This document shows positions 29,481 to 41,947 of a stretch of DNA of 64,000 nt, in pieces. The notes beneath the pieces were generated by a model. It was not told the DNA's origin and made no database searches. It was given only the letters and a program-made list of their open reading frames with translations. The DNA lies in contig JBGANV010000010.1 of NCBI GenBank assembly GCA_044222185.1, positions 64,001 to 128,000 of the forward strand, written 5' to 3'. Every line of letters begins with the position of its first letter. Position 1 is the stretch's first letter. Both the position numbers and the translations under genes were made by a program. Source of the DNA: Planctomycetota bacterium (GTDB taxonomy: Bacteria; Planctomycetota; GCA-002687715; CAIWVZ01).

Positions 29481-31524
29481 GTGCGTCCTGAACGCGAACG
29501 AAGCCGAAGCCGCGGAATGCGGCCGAGGATCCGTTCGCGATGCCGTGTTGAACCTGCGGGTGTGAGTCCCGTCGCGGTAAGCGCCGCAGCGCCGCGTAGC
29601 GGATCCCGGATGCGAGGAGAGATCCGAAGCATCGAAGCGGGATGTCGAGAGCCCGGCGTGGACCGTAAGGCCTGCGCGCGGGGAGCCACGTCTTGGGCCG
29701 AATGCGAAAGCGTGAACCTTGCAGGCTCGTGACATTGGTGCCCGAAAGGGCGGGCAAGCCGAGCCGGTCATGTCGCGGCGAAGGCAACAGACCGCGCCCA
29801 GAAGCGGAGCGGCGCAGGCATCTCCCGAGGTATTGATAACGGCACGAGATGACCGCTCGACACGGAACAGGAGAGACCCTACCCGGCGGACCTCGTCAGC
29901 CGCAGCCGCTTCCTATGAGCCACAAGGGAAAGGGGAGCGAGTCGGGAGGGAGTCCGAGGAGCCCGTAGTACTGCCGACATCGGAGACCAGAACTCCGACG
30001 GAGGGAAGGGGCTCTGCTTTTGTTGCGTCCGCGGACGGGGGTAAGCGCGCGGGCATGGCCGCAAGGCCCAACAACCCCAAAGAAGAAGCGCGAGAACTCC
30101 AACGCGGACTCTTCATGGCTGCCAGGCGCAGCCCGGTGCGGCGCTTCCACGCTCTCTTCGATCGGATCTCCAGGAGTGACGTCTTGGAGGAGGCGTGGCG
30201 GCGGGTTCGGAGCAATGGTGAAGCTGCCGGCGTCGATGGGGAAAGCCTCAAGATGATCGAGCAGAAGGGCGTCGAGGGGTTCCTCGAGGGCCTCGCGGCG
30301 GAGTCAGGAGCGGGACGCTATCGCCCAAAGCCGGTGAAGAGGCGAGACATCCCGAAGGCGGACGGGAAGCAGCGGTCGCTTGGGATCCCGACGGTGCGAG
30401 ATCGGGTGGCGCAGATGGCCGCGAAGATCGTGATCGAGCCGGTCTTCGAGGCCGACTTCAAGGACTGCTCCTTCGGGTTCCGTCCGAGAAGAAGCGCAAC
30501 CCAGGCGTTGGAGGCGATCCGCCTGCTTGGGGGTCGTGGACACCGCTTCGTCGTGGATGGCGACATCAAGAAGGACTTCGACAGCATCGATCAGGATCTC
30601 CTGATGGAGCGAGTCGCACCACGGATGTGTGATCGGCGTGTGCTCAAGCTGCTGTGGCAATGGCTCACGGCGGGCGTGATGGAGGAGGGCGAAGTGAGGA
30701 CATCCGTGGCGGGGACACCGCAAGGCGGCGTGATCTCACCGCTGGCTGCCAACATCTACCTGCACGACCTCGACAGACGCTGGCATGGCGAATGCGGGCA
30801 CCTCGGGAAACTCGTGCGGTACGCGGACGACTTCGTCGTTCTCTGCCGTACGAAAGCCGCGGCGCAGTCGGCCATGGCGTGGCTGAGAGAGGTGCTTGGG
30901 TCGTTGCGCCTCGAACTGCATCCGGACAAGACGAAACTGGTCGAACTCGGAGTGCACAAGGAAGGGTTCGTGTTCCTCGGCTGTCATCTGCGGTTGGTGC
31001 GCTCGGTGTTCAAGAACCGTGCATACCGCTTCCGGTGGCCGTCGCCGCGGGCCATGAACTCGATCCGAACACGCATCCGAGAGCTGACCGATCGCACGCG
31101 ATGGGCATGGAGGCAGGACCTCGACGCAGTCGTCGCGGGCCTGAACCCGGTCCTTCGCGGGTGGGTCCCTTTCACGCCGAAAGGGTGGGCTCCGTTCAGA
31201 GTGAAATCACCAGCATCGGAGAAGTTCCAGGAGATCGATCGGTACGTCTGCGAGCGGCTCACGAGGCTGCGGGCAGGATGGCACCGCAAGATCTGCCGCA
31301 AGGACCGACCGAGTCAGTTCCGGCTGAGGGACTGGTCACACCGCCGCTTCGTGCAAGAACACGGACGTCACAAGTTGCTCGGGACCGACCGTTACCCGGG
31401 AGGAGCGAACGCCGCATGAGAAAACCATCGGGAAGCCGTGTGCGGGAAACCCGCACGCACGGTTTGAATGGGGGCGACAGGAAACGGAGCTACGAAGGCC
31501 ACTGCGCCTGAGGTCCATCCCATG
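29481..31524 (+). mobile_element. Group II intron inserted at the aroC start codon
   Basis: 5' GTGCG. DIII-like GAGTCCGAGGAGCCCGTAGTAC...GGGAAGGGGCTC. RT ORF in DIV. Domain V AAGCCGTGTGCGGGAAACCCGCACGCACGGTTT (31433-31465; AGC triad, GAAA loop, AC bulge). DVI with bulged A at 31517. 3' end is 31523 or 31524. Confidence 0.92.
30055..31419 (+). CDS. ltrA: Group II intron reverse transcriptase/maturase, no endonuclease domain, possibly degenerate
   Basis: AAGVDG, RSLGIPTVRDRVAQ, SFGFRP, GTPQGGVISPL, RYADDF, LHPDKT, FLG, X domain LNPVLRGW. The upstream extension of the 566-aa ORF is ribozyme sequence. Confidence 0.92.
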   Translation: MAARPNNPKEEARELQRGLFMAARRSPVRRFHALFDRISRSDVLEEAWRRVRSNGEAAGVDGESLKMIEQKGVEGFLEGLAAESGAGRYRPKPVKRRDIPKADGKQRSLGIPTVRDRVAQMAAKIVIEPVFEADFKDCSFGFRPRRSATQALEAIRLLGGRGHRFVVDGDIKKDFDSIDQDLLMERVAPRMCDRRVLKLLWQWLTAGVMEEGEVRTSVAGTPQGGVISPLAANIYLHDLDRRWHGECGHLGKLVRYADDFVVLCRTKAAAQSAMAWLREVLGSLRLELHPDKTKLVELGVHKEGFVFLGCHLRLVRSVFKNRAYRFRWPSPRAMNSIRTRIRELTDRTRWAWRQDLDAVVAGLNPVLRGWVPFTPKGWAPFRVKSPASEKFQEIDRYVCERLTRLRAGWHRKICRKDRPSQFRLRDWSHRRFVQEHGRHKLLGTDRYPGGANAA

Positions 31525-32652
31525 AAGCGCCTTCTTTTCCGCACGGCCGGCGAGTCCCACGGCATGGGCTTGCTTGCATTCATCGAAGGGCTTCCGTTCG
31601 GGACACCGATCGACGTGCCCTTCATCGACGCCGCCCTGCGTCGGCGCCAGGGAGGCAAGGGGCGGAGCCGACGGCAGCAGATCGAGACCGATTCGGTCCG
31701 GGTCTTCGCGGGGTGCAAGCGGGGCCGCACGCTTGGGGGGCCCGTCGCGCTCTGGGTGGGCAACAAGGACGTGCGGATCGACGAGTACCGCAGGATCACC
31801 CGCCCACGCCCAGGTCATGCCGACCTGGCCGGCGCGATCCGCTTCCTCACGACGGACGTTGCCGACGTGATGGAGCGCGCCTCGGCACGGGAGACGGCGG
31901 CTCGGGTCGCCGCCGGCGCGCTGGCTCAATCCGTGCTCGACGAGGTGGGGATCCGGACCTTCGCCTGGGTCCGGGGGATCGGCGGGATCGATCTCGCGGG
32001 TTCGCCGAACGACGCCGTGGGAGCGGCGGAGCGCGACCGGTCGCCGTTCTACAGCCTCGATCCAGCCGGCGACGCGGCAGCCGAGCAGGCAGTGGAGGCG
32101 GCCCAGGCGGCGGGGGACACCCTCGGCGGCATGTTCGAGGTGCGGGTGGAGGGGGTCCCGGCCGGGCTGGGAAGCCACACGCAGTGGGACGCGCGCATGG
32201 ACGGCAGGCTTGCACAGGCGCTGATGTCCATTCAGGGAATCAAGGGTGTCGAGATCGGGTCAGGGATGCAAGCGTCTGTAGAAAAAGGACTTGCATTCCA
32301 CGATCCGATCATGCCGGAGGGCGGGGGCTCGTTCCTCCGCCCGACCAATCACGCGGGAGGGATCGAGGGCGGGCTGACCAACGGAGCGCCGATCGTGCTA
32401 CGCGCGGCGATGAAGCCGATCCCAACGGTCGGCCGGGCACTCGCGTCGGTGGACCTTGCGACCGGTGAGGCCGCGGCGGCGGCCTATGAGCGGTCGGACG
32501 TCTGCGCGGTCCCGGCCGCTTCGGTCGTGGGAGAGGCCATGGTGAGTCTCGTGGTCCTCGACGCGGTGCTGGAGTCGATCCCTGCTCCCACCTTCGGAGA
32601 ACTGGTCGCAGGTGTGGCGGCTTTCCGAGAGCGGGTGCGGCGGCTCGCTTGA
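31522..32652 (+). CDS. aroC: Chorismate synthase
   Basis: TAGESHG, RPRPGHADL, ERASARETAARVAAG, GDTLGG, NHAGGIEGG, MKPIPT, ERSDVC. Confidence 0.96.
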   Translation: MKRLLFRTAGESHGMGLLAFIEGLPFGTPIDVPFIDAALRRRQGGKGRSRRQQIETDSVRVFAGCKRGRTLGGPVALWVGNKDVRIDEYRRITRPRPGHADLAGAIRFLTTDVADVMERASARETAARVAAGALAQSVLDEVGIRTFAWVRGIGGIDLAGSPNDAVGAAERDRSPFYSLDPAGDAAAEQAVEAAQAAGDTLGGMFEVRVEGVPAGLGSHTQWDARMDGRLAQALMSIQGIKGVEIGSGMQASVEKGLAFHDPIMPEGGGSFLRPTNHAGGIEGGLTNGAPIVLRAAMKPIPTVGRALASVDLATGEAAAAAYERSDVCAVPAASVVGEAMVSLVVLDAVLESIPAPTFGELVAGVAAFRERVRRLA

Positions 32653-32713
32653 GCTCACGCCCGCGGTGCCCCGGGCCCCGCATGCCGCTCGCAGATGCTC
32701 GCGTTTCGCCACC

Positions 32714-32741
32714 TTGACACCGGGGGCGCGAGCCGTACCAT
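32714..32741 (+). promoter_or_regulatory. Sigma-70-type promoter of the tRNA/tuf operon
   Basis: TTGACA-16 nt-TACCAT about 30 nt upstream of tRNA-Thr. Confidence 0.8.
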
Positions 32742-32771
32742 TCCTGCCCCACATCGGGCCGGGATCTCTCG

Positions 32772-32844
32772 GCCAGCGTAGCTCAATTGGCAGAGCAGCG
32801 GTTTTGTAAACCGCAGGTTGACGGTTCAAGTCCGTTCGCTGGCT
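32772..32844 (+). tRNA. tRNA-Thr(TGT)
   Basis: GCCAGCG/CGCTGGC acceptor stem, anticodon arm GCGGT-TT-TGT-AA-ACCGC, GTTCAAGTC T-loop. Confidence 0.97.
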
Positions 32845-32879
32845 CTTGTCGTTTGACCGGCGCATGCGGGGAACGCAGC

Positions 32880-32961
32880 GGGGAGATACCGAAGCGGTCA
32901 AACGGGACAGACTGTAAATCTGTTGTCTTAGACTTCGGAGGTTCGAATCCTCCTCTCCCCA
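32880..32961 (+). tRNA. tRNA-Tyr(GTA)
   Basis: GGGGAGA/TCTCCCC acceptor, ACAGA-CT-GTA-AA-TCTGT, long variable arm, GTTCGAATC. Confidence 0.97.
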
Positions 32962-32988
32962 CTACGACGTGGTGAAAGGATCGGCTTC

Positions 32989-33059
32989 GCGGGTGTAGCT
33001 CAGTGGTAGAGCCCCAGCCTTCCAAGCTGGTTGCGAGGGTTCGATTCCCTTCACCCGCT
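32989..33059 (+). tRNA. tRNA-Gly(TCC)
   Basis: GCGGGTG/CACCCGC acceptor, CCAGC-CT-TCC-AA-GCTGG, GTTCGATTC. Confidence 0.97.
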
Positions 33060-33213
33060 TGTCGCGCACGAAACGCACCGGCGTGAACGCTGGAGCTTCT
33101 GGCGAGGCAGGAGATCGGAAACGTTGATCACGACGCGCGTCGTGAAGCGAGTGCGCACGAGAGTTTGAAGGTCTCGAGGTCAAGCGTCGCGACCTCGGGA
33201 CGGACGGTTCGAG

Positions 33214-33289
33214 GCTGCTGTAGCTCAGCTGGTAGAGCACCTCCTTGGTAAGGAGGAGGTCACGGGTTCAAATCCCGTCAGCAGCTCCA
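33214..33289 (+). tRNA. tRNA-Thr(GGT), encoded CCA
   Basis: GCTGCTG/CAGCAGC acceptor, CCTCC-TT-GGT-AA-GGAGG, GTTCAAATC, ends TCCA. Confidence 0.97.
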
Positions 33290-33329
33290 TCTTCGTTGAA
33301 CGCAAAGGCTACAGGAGTCGGCAAGCACC

Positions 33330-34535
33330 ATGGCAAAGGACGTCTTCAAGCGGACAAAACCGCACGTCAACATCGGAACGATCGGCCACGTCGACCACGG
33401 CAAGACGACGCTGACGGCGACCATCACGGCGACGCTCGCCATGAAGGGCTTCGCCGAGCGCCGCAACTACGATCAGATCGACAACGCTCCGGAAGAGCGC
33501 GAGCGTGGCATCACGATCAACACGGCTCACGTCGAGTACGAGACCGACAAGCGCCACTACGCGCACGTCGATTGCCCCGGCCACGCGGACTACGTGAAGA
33601 ACATGATCACGGGTGCCGCGCAGATGGACGGCGCGATCCTCGTCGTCGCGGCGACTGACGGCCCCATGCCGCAGACGCACGAGCACATCCTGCTCGCCAA
33701 GCAGGTCGGTGTGCCGTCGATCGTCGTCTTCATGAACAAGTGCGACTCGGTCGACGACCCGGAGATGTTGGACCTCGTCGAGATGGAGATCCGCGAGCTT
33801 CTCAGCAAGCACGGCTTCCCCGGTGACAAGGCGCCCGTCGTTCGCGGTTCCGCCCTCGTCGCGTCGAAAGCGGTCGACTCGAACAACTTCGATCACCCCG
33901 ATTTGAAGTGCATCCGCGAGCTGATGGACGCGGTCGATGCGTTCATCCCGACGCCGGTCCGCGAGGTCGACAAGCCCTTCCTCATGCCGGTGGAAGACGT
34001 CTTCTCGATCGAAGGTCGTGGAACGGTCGCGACGGGCCGTGTCGAGCGTGGCAAGGTCCACGTCAACGACGACCTGGAGCTCGTCGGCCTCTACCCGCTG
34101 TCCAAGAAGACGGTGTGCACGGGCGTCGAGATGTTCCGCAAGCTCCTCGACGAAGGAATGGCCGGTGACAACATCGGCGTGCTCCTCCGCTCCCTGAAGA
34201 AGGAAGACGTCGAGCGCGGGCAGGTTCTCGCGAAGCCGGGCTCGATCACGCCGCACACGAAGTTCACGGGCGAGGTCTACATCCTCAAGAAAGAGGAAGG
34301 TGGGCGCCACACGCCGTTCTTCAACGGCTATCGCCCGCAGTTCTACTTCCGCACGACCGACGTCACCGGCACGGCCAAGCTGCCGGACGGTGTCGAAATG
34401 GTCATGCCCGGCGACAACGTCACGATCACGGTCGAGCTGATCGCGCCGATCGCCATGGAGGAAGGCCTCCGCTTCGCCATCCGCGAGGGTGGACGAACGG
34501 TCGGCGCAGGCATCGTTGCGAAGGTTCTCGCCTGA
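33330..34535 (+). CDS. tuf: Elongation factor Tu
   Basis: [42 protein letters not shown]. Confidence 0.99.
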   Translation: MAKDVFKRTKPHVNIGTIGHVDHGKTTLTATITATLAMKGFAERRNYDQIDNAPEERERGITINTAHVEYETDKRHYAHVDCPGHADYVKNMITGAAQMDGAILVVAATDGPMPQTHEHILLAKQVGVPSIVVFMNKCDSVDDPEMLDLVEMEIRELLSKHGFPGDKAPVVRGSALVASKAVDSNNFDHPDLKCIRELMDAVDAFIPTPVREVDKPFLMPVEDVFSIEGRGTVATGRVERGKVHVNDDLELVGLYPLSKKTVCTGVEMFRKLLDEGMAGDNIGVLLRSLKKEDVERGQVLAKPGSITPHTKFTGEVYILKKEEGGRHTPFFNGYRPQFYFRTTDVTGTAKLPDGVEMVMPGDNVTITVELIAPIAMEEGLRFAIREGGRTVGAGIVAKVLA

Positions 34536-34647
34536 TCGAACACGAGCGGTTCTGACGGGCGACCTCCGGGTCGCCTCAACGCGAAACTCAGGTGGCCAGG
34601 GGGTTCACGTGACCCCGTGGCCGCCGGCATGAAGGGCTGAATCGGAA

Positions 34648-35067
34648 ATGGAGCCTTACAAAGAAGGGCACGGAGTCTTTGTGCGGCGCGTGGCGTTCGT
34701 ATCGCTCGCGTTGCTTCTCTTCTGGGGCGGGCTCACGCTCTACGGTTGGCTCCAGTTCTCGTGGGTGAAGGAAGCCCGCTGGGTCGACTACGAGATTCCG
34801 GTCGTCCGGCAGTACATCGATCCGGCGTTCGTCATTTCGTGGCTCGTGATCATCGGCGGCAGCATCCTGCTCTACCGGCTGCTCAATTCGCCCAAGGCTG
34901 CGGACTTCCTCATCGAGACCGATACGGAGGTTCGCAAGGTGACGTGGCCGACGTGGAATGACGCGCTGAGCTCGTCGCTGATCGTTCTCTTGTTCGTGGC
35001 CGTGATGACGAGCTTCATCTTCATCTGCGACTTCGTGATGAACAAAATCGTTGGGTTGATCCTGTGA
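34648..35067 (+). CDS. secE: Preprotein translocase subunit SecE (three-TM type)
   Basis: FLIETDTEVRKVTWPT motif; lies upstream of nusG. Confidence 0.92.
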   Translation: MEPYKEGHGVFVRRVAFVSLALLLFWGGLTLYGWLQFSWVKEARWVDYEIPVVRQYIDPAFVISWLVIIGGSILLYRLLNSPKAADFLIETDTEVRKVTWPTWNDALSSSLIVLLFVAVMTSFIFICDFVMNKIVGLIL

Positions 35068-35657
35068 CCGAAGGCGCTGAGGAGAAGGCCAATCCCGAGC
35101 TGCGCTGGTACGCGATCCGCGTCCAGAGCAACAAGGAAGACTCGGTGAAGCGAAACCTCGATCGAAAGATCGAGCTTCGCGGATTCACGGATCGCATCAA
35201 AGAGGTCGTCGTCCCGACTGAGAAGGTCGCGGAGATCCGAAACGGCAAGAAGCGGTTCCGGACGGTGAAGACCTATCCCGGCTACGTCCTCGCCCAGATG
35301 ATCATGGACGAAGAGACGTGGCTCTTCGTGCGCGAGACCGGCGGAGTCGGTGACTTCGTCGGTGCGAGTGCCATGCCGACCCGTGGCAGCAGCGGCAAGA
35401 CCCCCAAGCCGTTCCCGCTTCGCCCGGAGGAAGTGGCAAAGATCTTCGGATCGCCGGTGACCGATGCCGGTGGAGCGAAGATCAAGATCGCGTTCCAGGT
35501 CGGGGACAAGGTCAAGATCAAGGAAGGTCCCTTCGAGAACTTCGATGGCGTCGTGGACGACATCAACGAGCAGAAGGGCCTGGTCCGTGTCGTCGTGACG
35601 ATCTTCGGTCGCGCGACGCCGGTGGAACTCCAGTATTGGCAGGTCGAGGCCCTCTGA
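35064..35657 (+). CDS. nusG: Transcription termination/antitermination factor NusG
   Basis: WYAIRVQSNKE, YPGYV, KOW GPFENF, IFGRATPVEL. Confidence 0.97.
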   Translation: MTEGAEEKANPELRWYAIRVQSNKEDSVKRNLDRKIELRGFTDRIKEVVVPTEKVAEIRNGKKRFRTVKTYPGYVLAQMIMDEETWLFVRETGGVGDFVGASAMPTRGSSGKTPKPFPLRPEEVAKIFGSPVTDAGGAKIKIAFQVGDKVKIKEGPFENFDGVVDDINEQKGLVRVVVTIFGRATPVELQYWQVEAL

Positions 35658-35728
35658 CGCAGGGCCCTCACGAATGGCGCCGTCCGGTGCGCAAGCGCTG
35701 ACGGACGGCGCTCGGAGCGAGAACGAAC

Positions 35729-36154
35729 ATGGCGAAGGCAGTCAAAGCGAAGATCAAGCTGCAGTGCCCGGCGGGTCAGGCAACACCGGCTCCGCCGGTC
35801 GGCCCGGCGCTCGGTCAGCACGGCGTGAACATCGGCGACTTCGTCAAGAAGTTCAACGACGCGACGCGGCCCCAGATGGGGATGATCATCCCGGTGATCA
35901 TCACCGTGTACGAGGACCGCACCTACGAGCTCGAGTTCAAGTCGCCGCCGGCCTCGGTCCTCCTGCGAAAGGCCGCGGGCGTCGAGAAGGGCGCCGGGAA
36001 TCCAAAGCGCGACAAGGTGGGCAAGGTCACCCGGGCGCAGGTCAAGGAGATCGCGGCGACCAAGAAGAAGGAGCTCACGGCCGGCTCCGTCGAAGCGGCC
36101 ATGCGCATCATCGAGGGTACGGCCCGCCAGATGGGCATCACGGTCGTCGACTGA
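35729..36154 (+). CDS. rplK: 50S ribosomal protein L11
   Basis: [18 protein letters not shown]; GTARQMG. Confidence 0.98.
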   Translation: MAKAVKAKIKLQCPAGQATPAPPVGPALGQHGVNIGDFVKKFNDATRPQMGMIIPVIITVYEDRTYELEFKSPPASVLLRKAAGVEKGAGNPKRDKVGKVTRAQVKEIAATKKKELTAGSVEAAMRIIEGTARQMGITVVD

Positions 36155-36238
36155 TGGCACGCCGGCAGGACTGCCGCGCTTGCGCGGGTCCAGCCGGTTC
36201 GAACGAATCACAGATCACTTCCTGCGTCCTCGGAGGGC

Positions 36239-36322
36239 GTGGGAACCGACGGTGGCGGACTGAGCGCAGGTGCGGTCGGACCACTGGTGGAATACGGGGC
36301 GGCGCGAGCAGCCCCGGCACCT
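36239..36322 (+). promoter_or_regulatory. Putative L1-binding autoregulatory leader in front of rplA
   Basis: GTGGGA-ACCGAC...GTCGG-ACCAC helix with an internal loop, followed by a second similar helix GGTGG-AATA-CGGGGC...GCCCCG-GCACC. Confidence 0.45.
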
Positions 36323-36338
36323 GCAGAGAGGCGCGTGA

Positions 36339-37019
36339 ATGCCTTTGAACGGTAAGAGGTACCGCGCCGCGGCGAAGATCGTCGACCGCACCAAGACCTT
36401 CTCGGTCGAGGAAGCGGTCGGACTCCTCTCCAAACTGCCCAAGGCCAAGTTCGACGAGACCGTCGAGATCAGTCTCCATCTCGGGATCGACCCGAAGAAG
36501 GCGGACCAACTCGTACGTGGCTCGATCAGCCTGCCGAACGGCATTGGCAAGGAACTTCGCGTCGTCGTGTTTGCCGAAGGGGCGAAGGCCGAAGAGGCCC
36601 GAGCCGCGGGAGCCTTGGCCGTCGGGTCTGCGGACCTGGCGGAGAAGGTTCTGGGGGGATGGACCGACTTCGATGTCGCCATCGCCACGCCCGACATGAT
36701 GAAGCATGTCGGCAAGCTCGGTAAGGTCCTCGGCCCGCAGGGCAAGATGCCCACGCCGAAGGCCGGCACGGTGACGGCGGATGTGACAGCTGCGGTGAAA
36801 GAGTTCCGGGCAGGAAAGATCGAGTTCCGGAACGATGACGGCGGGAATGTGGCCGCTCCAATGGGGAAGCGGTCGTTCACCGGCGAGAAGCTCAAACAGA
36901 ACATCGACGCCTTCCTCGATCACCTCGGGGGGATGCGGCCAGCGACGGTGAAGGGCGCCTTCATTTTGAAGGGCACGCTCTGCTCCACGCACTCGCCCGG
37001 CATCCCGCTGAGAGTCTGA
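36339..37019 (+). CDS. rplA: 50S ribosomal protein L1
   Basis: KFDETVE, LGKVLGPQGKMPTPKAGTVT. Confidence 0.98.
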   Translation: MPLNGKRYRAAAKIVDRTKTFSVEEAVGLLSKLPKAKFDETVEISLHLGIDPKKADQLVRGSISLPNGIGKELRVVVFAEGAKAEEARAAGALAVGSADLAEKVLGGWTDFDVAIATPDMMKHVGKLGKVLGPQGKMPTPKAGTVTADVTAAVKEFRAGKIEFRNDDGGNVAAPMGKRSFTGEKLKQNIDAFLDHLGGMRPATVKGAFILKGTLCSTHSPGIPLRV

Positions 37020-37035
37020 GGCGAAAGAGGATTCC

Positions 37036-37566
37036 ATGAGCAAAGCCGTCAACGCAGCGATCATCGACACGTTCTGCAAGGACCTGGATGGCCAGGAGTC
37101 CTGCGTCGTGGTGAGCTGGGAAGGCATGAACGTGGCCGAAACGGTCGCGCTGCGTGCCAAGCTCCGCGCGCAGAGCTTCCGGATGCGGGTGGTGAAGAAC
37201 ACCCTCGCTGCCGTCGCCTTCGAGCGTGCGAAGTTCACCGGCCTCGGAAGCCGCCTCGGTGGCCAGAGCGCAGTCATCTTCGGAGGCGAGGGAGCGATCG
37301 GCATCGCCAAGCTCCTCGTCGAAGAAGTCAAGACGAACAAGAAGCTGAAGATCCGCCTCGGGTATTGCGACGGAGAAGTCCTGGATGCCGCAGGCGTCCA
37401 AGTCCTCTCCACGGTTCCGGGCCGCAAGGAACTGATGGGAATGGTGCTTGGTGGGTTCTTTGGACCCGCGAGCGACATGGCCCGCAACCTCGATGGACTC
37501 TTCACGGAGTTCCACGGGCTCGTCGAGGCACTCGAGACCAAGAAGTCCGCCGAGGGCGGAAGCTGA
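37036..37566 (+). CDS. rplJ: 50S ribosomal protein L10
   Basis: VVKNTL motif; position between rplA and rplL. Confidence 0.93.
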   Translation: MSKAVNAAIIDTFCKDLDGQESCVVVSWEGMNVAETVALRAKLRAQSFRMRVVKNTLAAVAFERAKFTGLGSRLGGQSAVIFGGEGAIGIAKLLVEEVKTNKKLKIRLGYCDGEVLDAAGVQVLSTVPGRKELMGMVLGGFFGPASDMARNLDGLFTEFHGLVEALETKKSAEGGS

Positions 37567-37613
37567 TCCACAAACAAGCTGTGCACCCGCGGGGTGCGCC
37601 GTAGGAGATTTCA

Positions 37614-38012
37614 ATGTCGACTGCAACGTACTCAGAGAAGATCAAGAACGTCCTGGACACGATCGGCGCGATGAGCGTTCGCGAGCTCGTCGAGCTCAAG
37701 GAAGCCTTCAAGGCGGAGTTCAAGGTCGAGGCCGCGGCGCCCGTGATGATGGCGGGCGGCGGTGGCGGTGGTGCGGCGGCGGCGCCGGCCGCGGCCGAGA
37801 AGACCACGTTCGACGTCATCCTCAAGGATGGCGGCCAGAACAAGATCCCGGTCATCAAGGTCATCCGCGAGATCACCGGCCTTGGCCTGAAAGAGGCGAA
37901 GGACCTGGTCGACGGCGCTCCGAAGCCCGTCAAGACGAACATCGCGAAGGACGAAGCCGAGGACCTCAAGAAGAAGCTCACCGAGGCCGGCGCGACCGTC
38001 GAGGTCAAGTGA
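37614..38012 (+). CDS. rplL: 50S ribosomal protein L7/L12
   Basis: Ala/Gly hinge, [23 protein letters not shown]. Confidence 0.98.
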   Translation: MSTATYSEKIKNVLDTIGAMSVRELVELKEAFKAEFKVEAAAPVMMAGGGGGGAAAAPAAAEKTTFDVILKDGGQNKIPVIKVIREITGLGLKEAKDLVDGAPKPVKTNIAKDEAEDLKKKLTEAGATVEVK

Positions 38013-38020
38013 CGTCGTTC

Positions 38021-38047
38021 GGCCGACCCATTCCGCATGGGTCGGCC
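38021..38047 (+). terminator. Stem-loop after rplL (terminator/attenuator-like, no U-tract)
   Basis: GGCCGACCCAT-tccgc-ATGGGTCGGCC, an 11-bp perfect stem. Confidence 0.5.
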
Positions 38048-38248
38048 TGTGCGGTACGAGATGAGGCTTGGCCGGCGTGAGCCGGCTTTCCCAATCCAGA
38101 CCGAAACACTCCCGATCGACCCGAGAGCCGCGAACGCGAAACAAGGAGACCGTCGCAAGCACCCCGAGAGGGGCGTTTGCGACTGGGCTCCTCGTGCCGT
38201 TTGTGGGCTCGACGAGGTCGGGCGTCAGAATCGTGGGGTAGCCTGAGC

Positions 38249-41938
<3,690 letters not shown>

Positions 41939-41947
41939 GGCAAGAAC

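Noticed and set aside
29719-30054. N-terminal 112 aa of the 566-aa RT ORF
   Set aside because: Overlaps ribozyme domains I-III and begins at a TTG. RT-like sequence starts near ATG 30055.
30055-31419. RT as part of a DGR, retron, CRISPR-RT or Abi defence system
   Set aside because: Flanked by clear group II ribozyme domains (GTGCG, DV, DVI). No TR/VR pair, msr-msd, cas genes or effector nearby.
33060-33213. Additional tRNA or ncRNA in the tRNA-Gly/tRNA-Thr spacer
   Set aside because: Only short palindromes (CACGACGCGCGTCGTG and CGAGGTC/GACCTCG). No cloverleaf or T-loop in a proper context.
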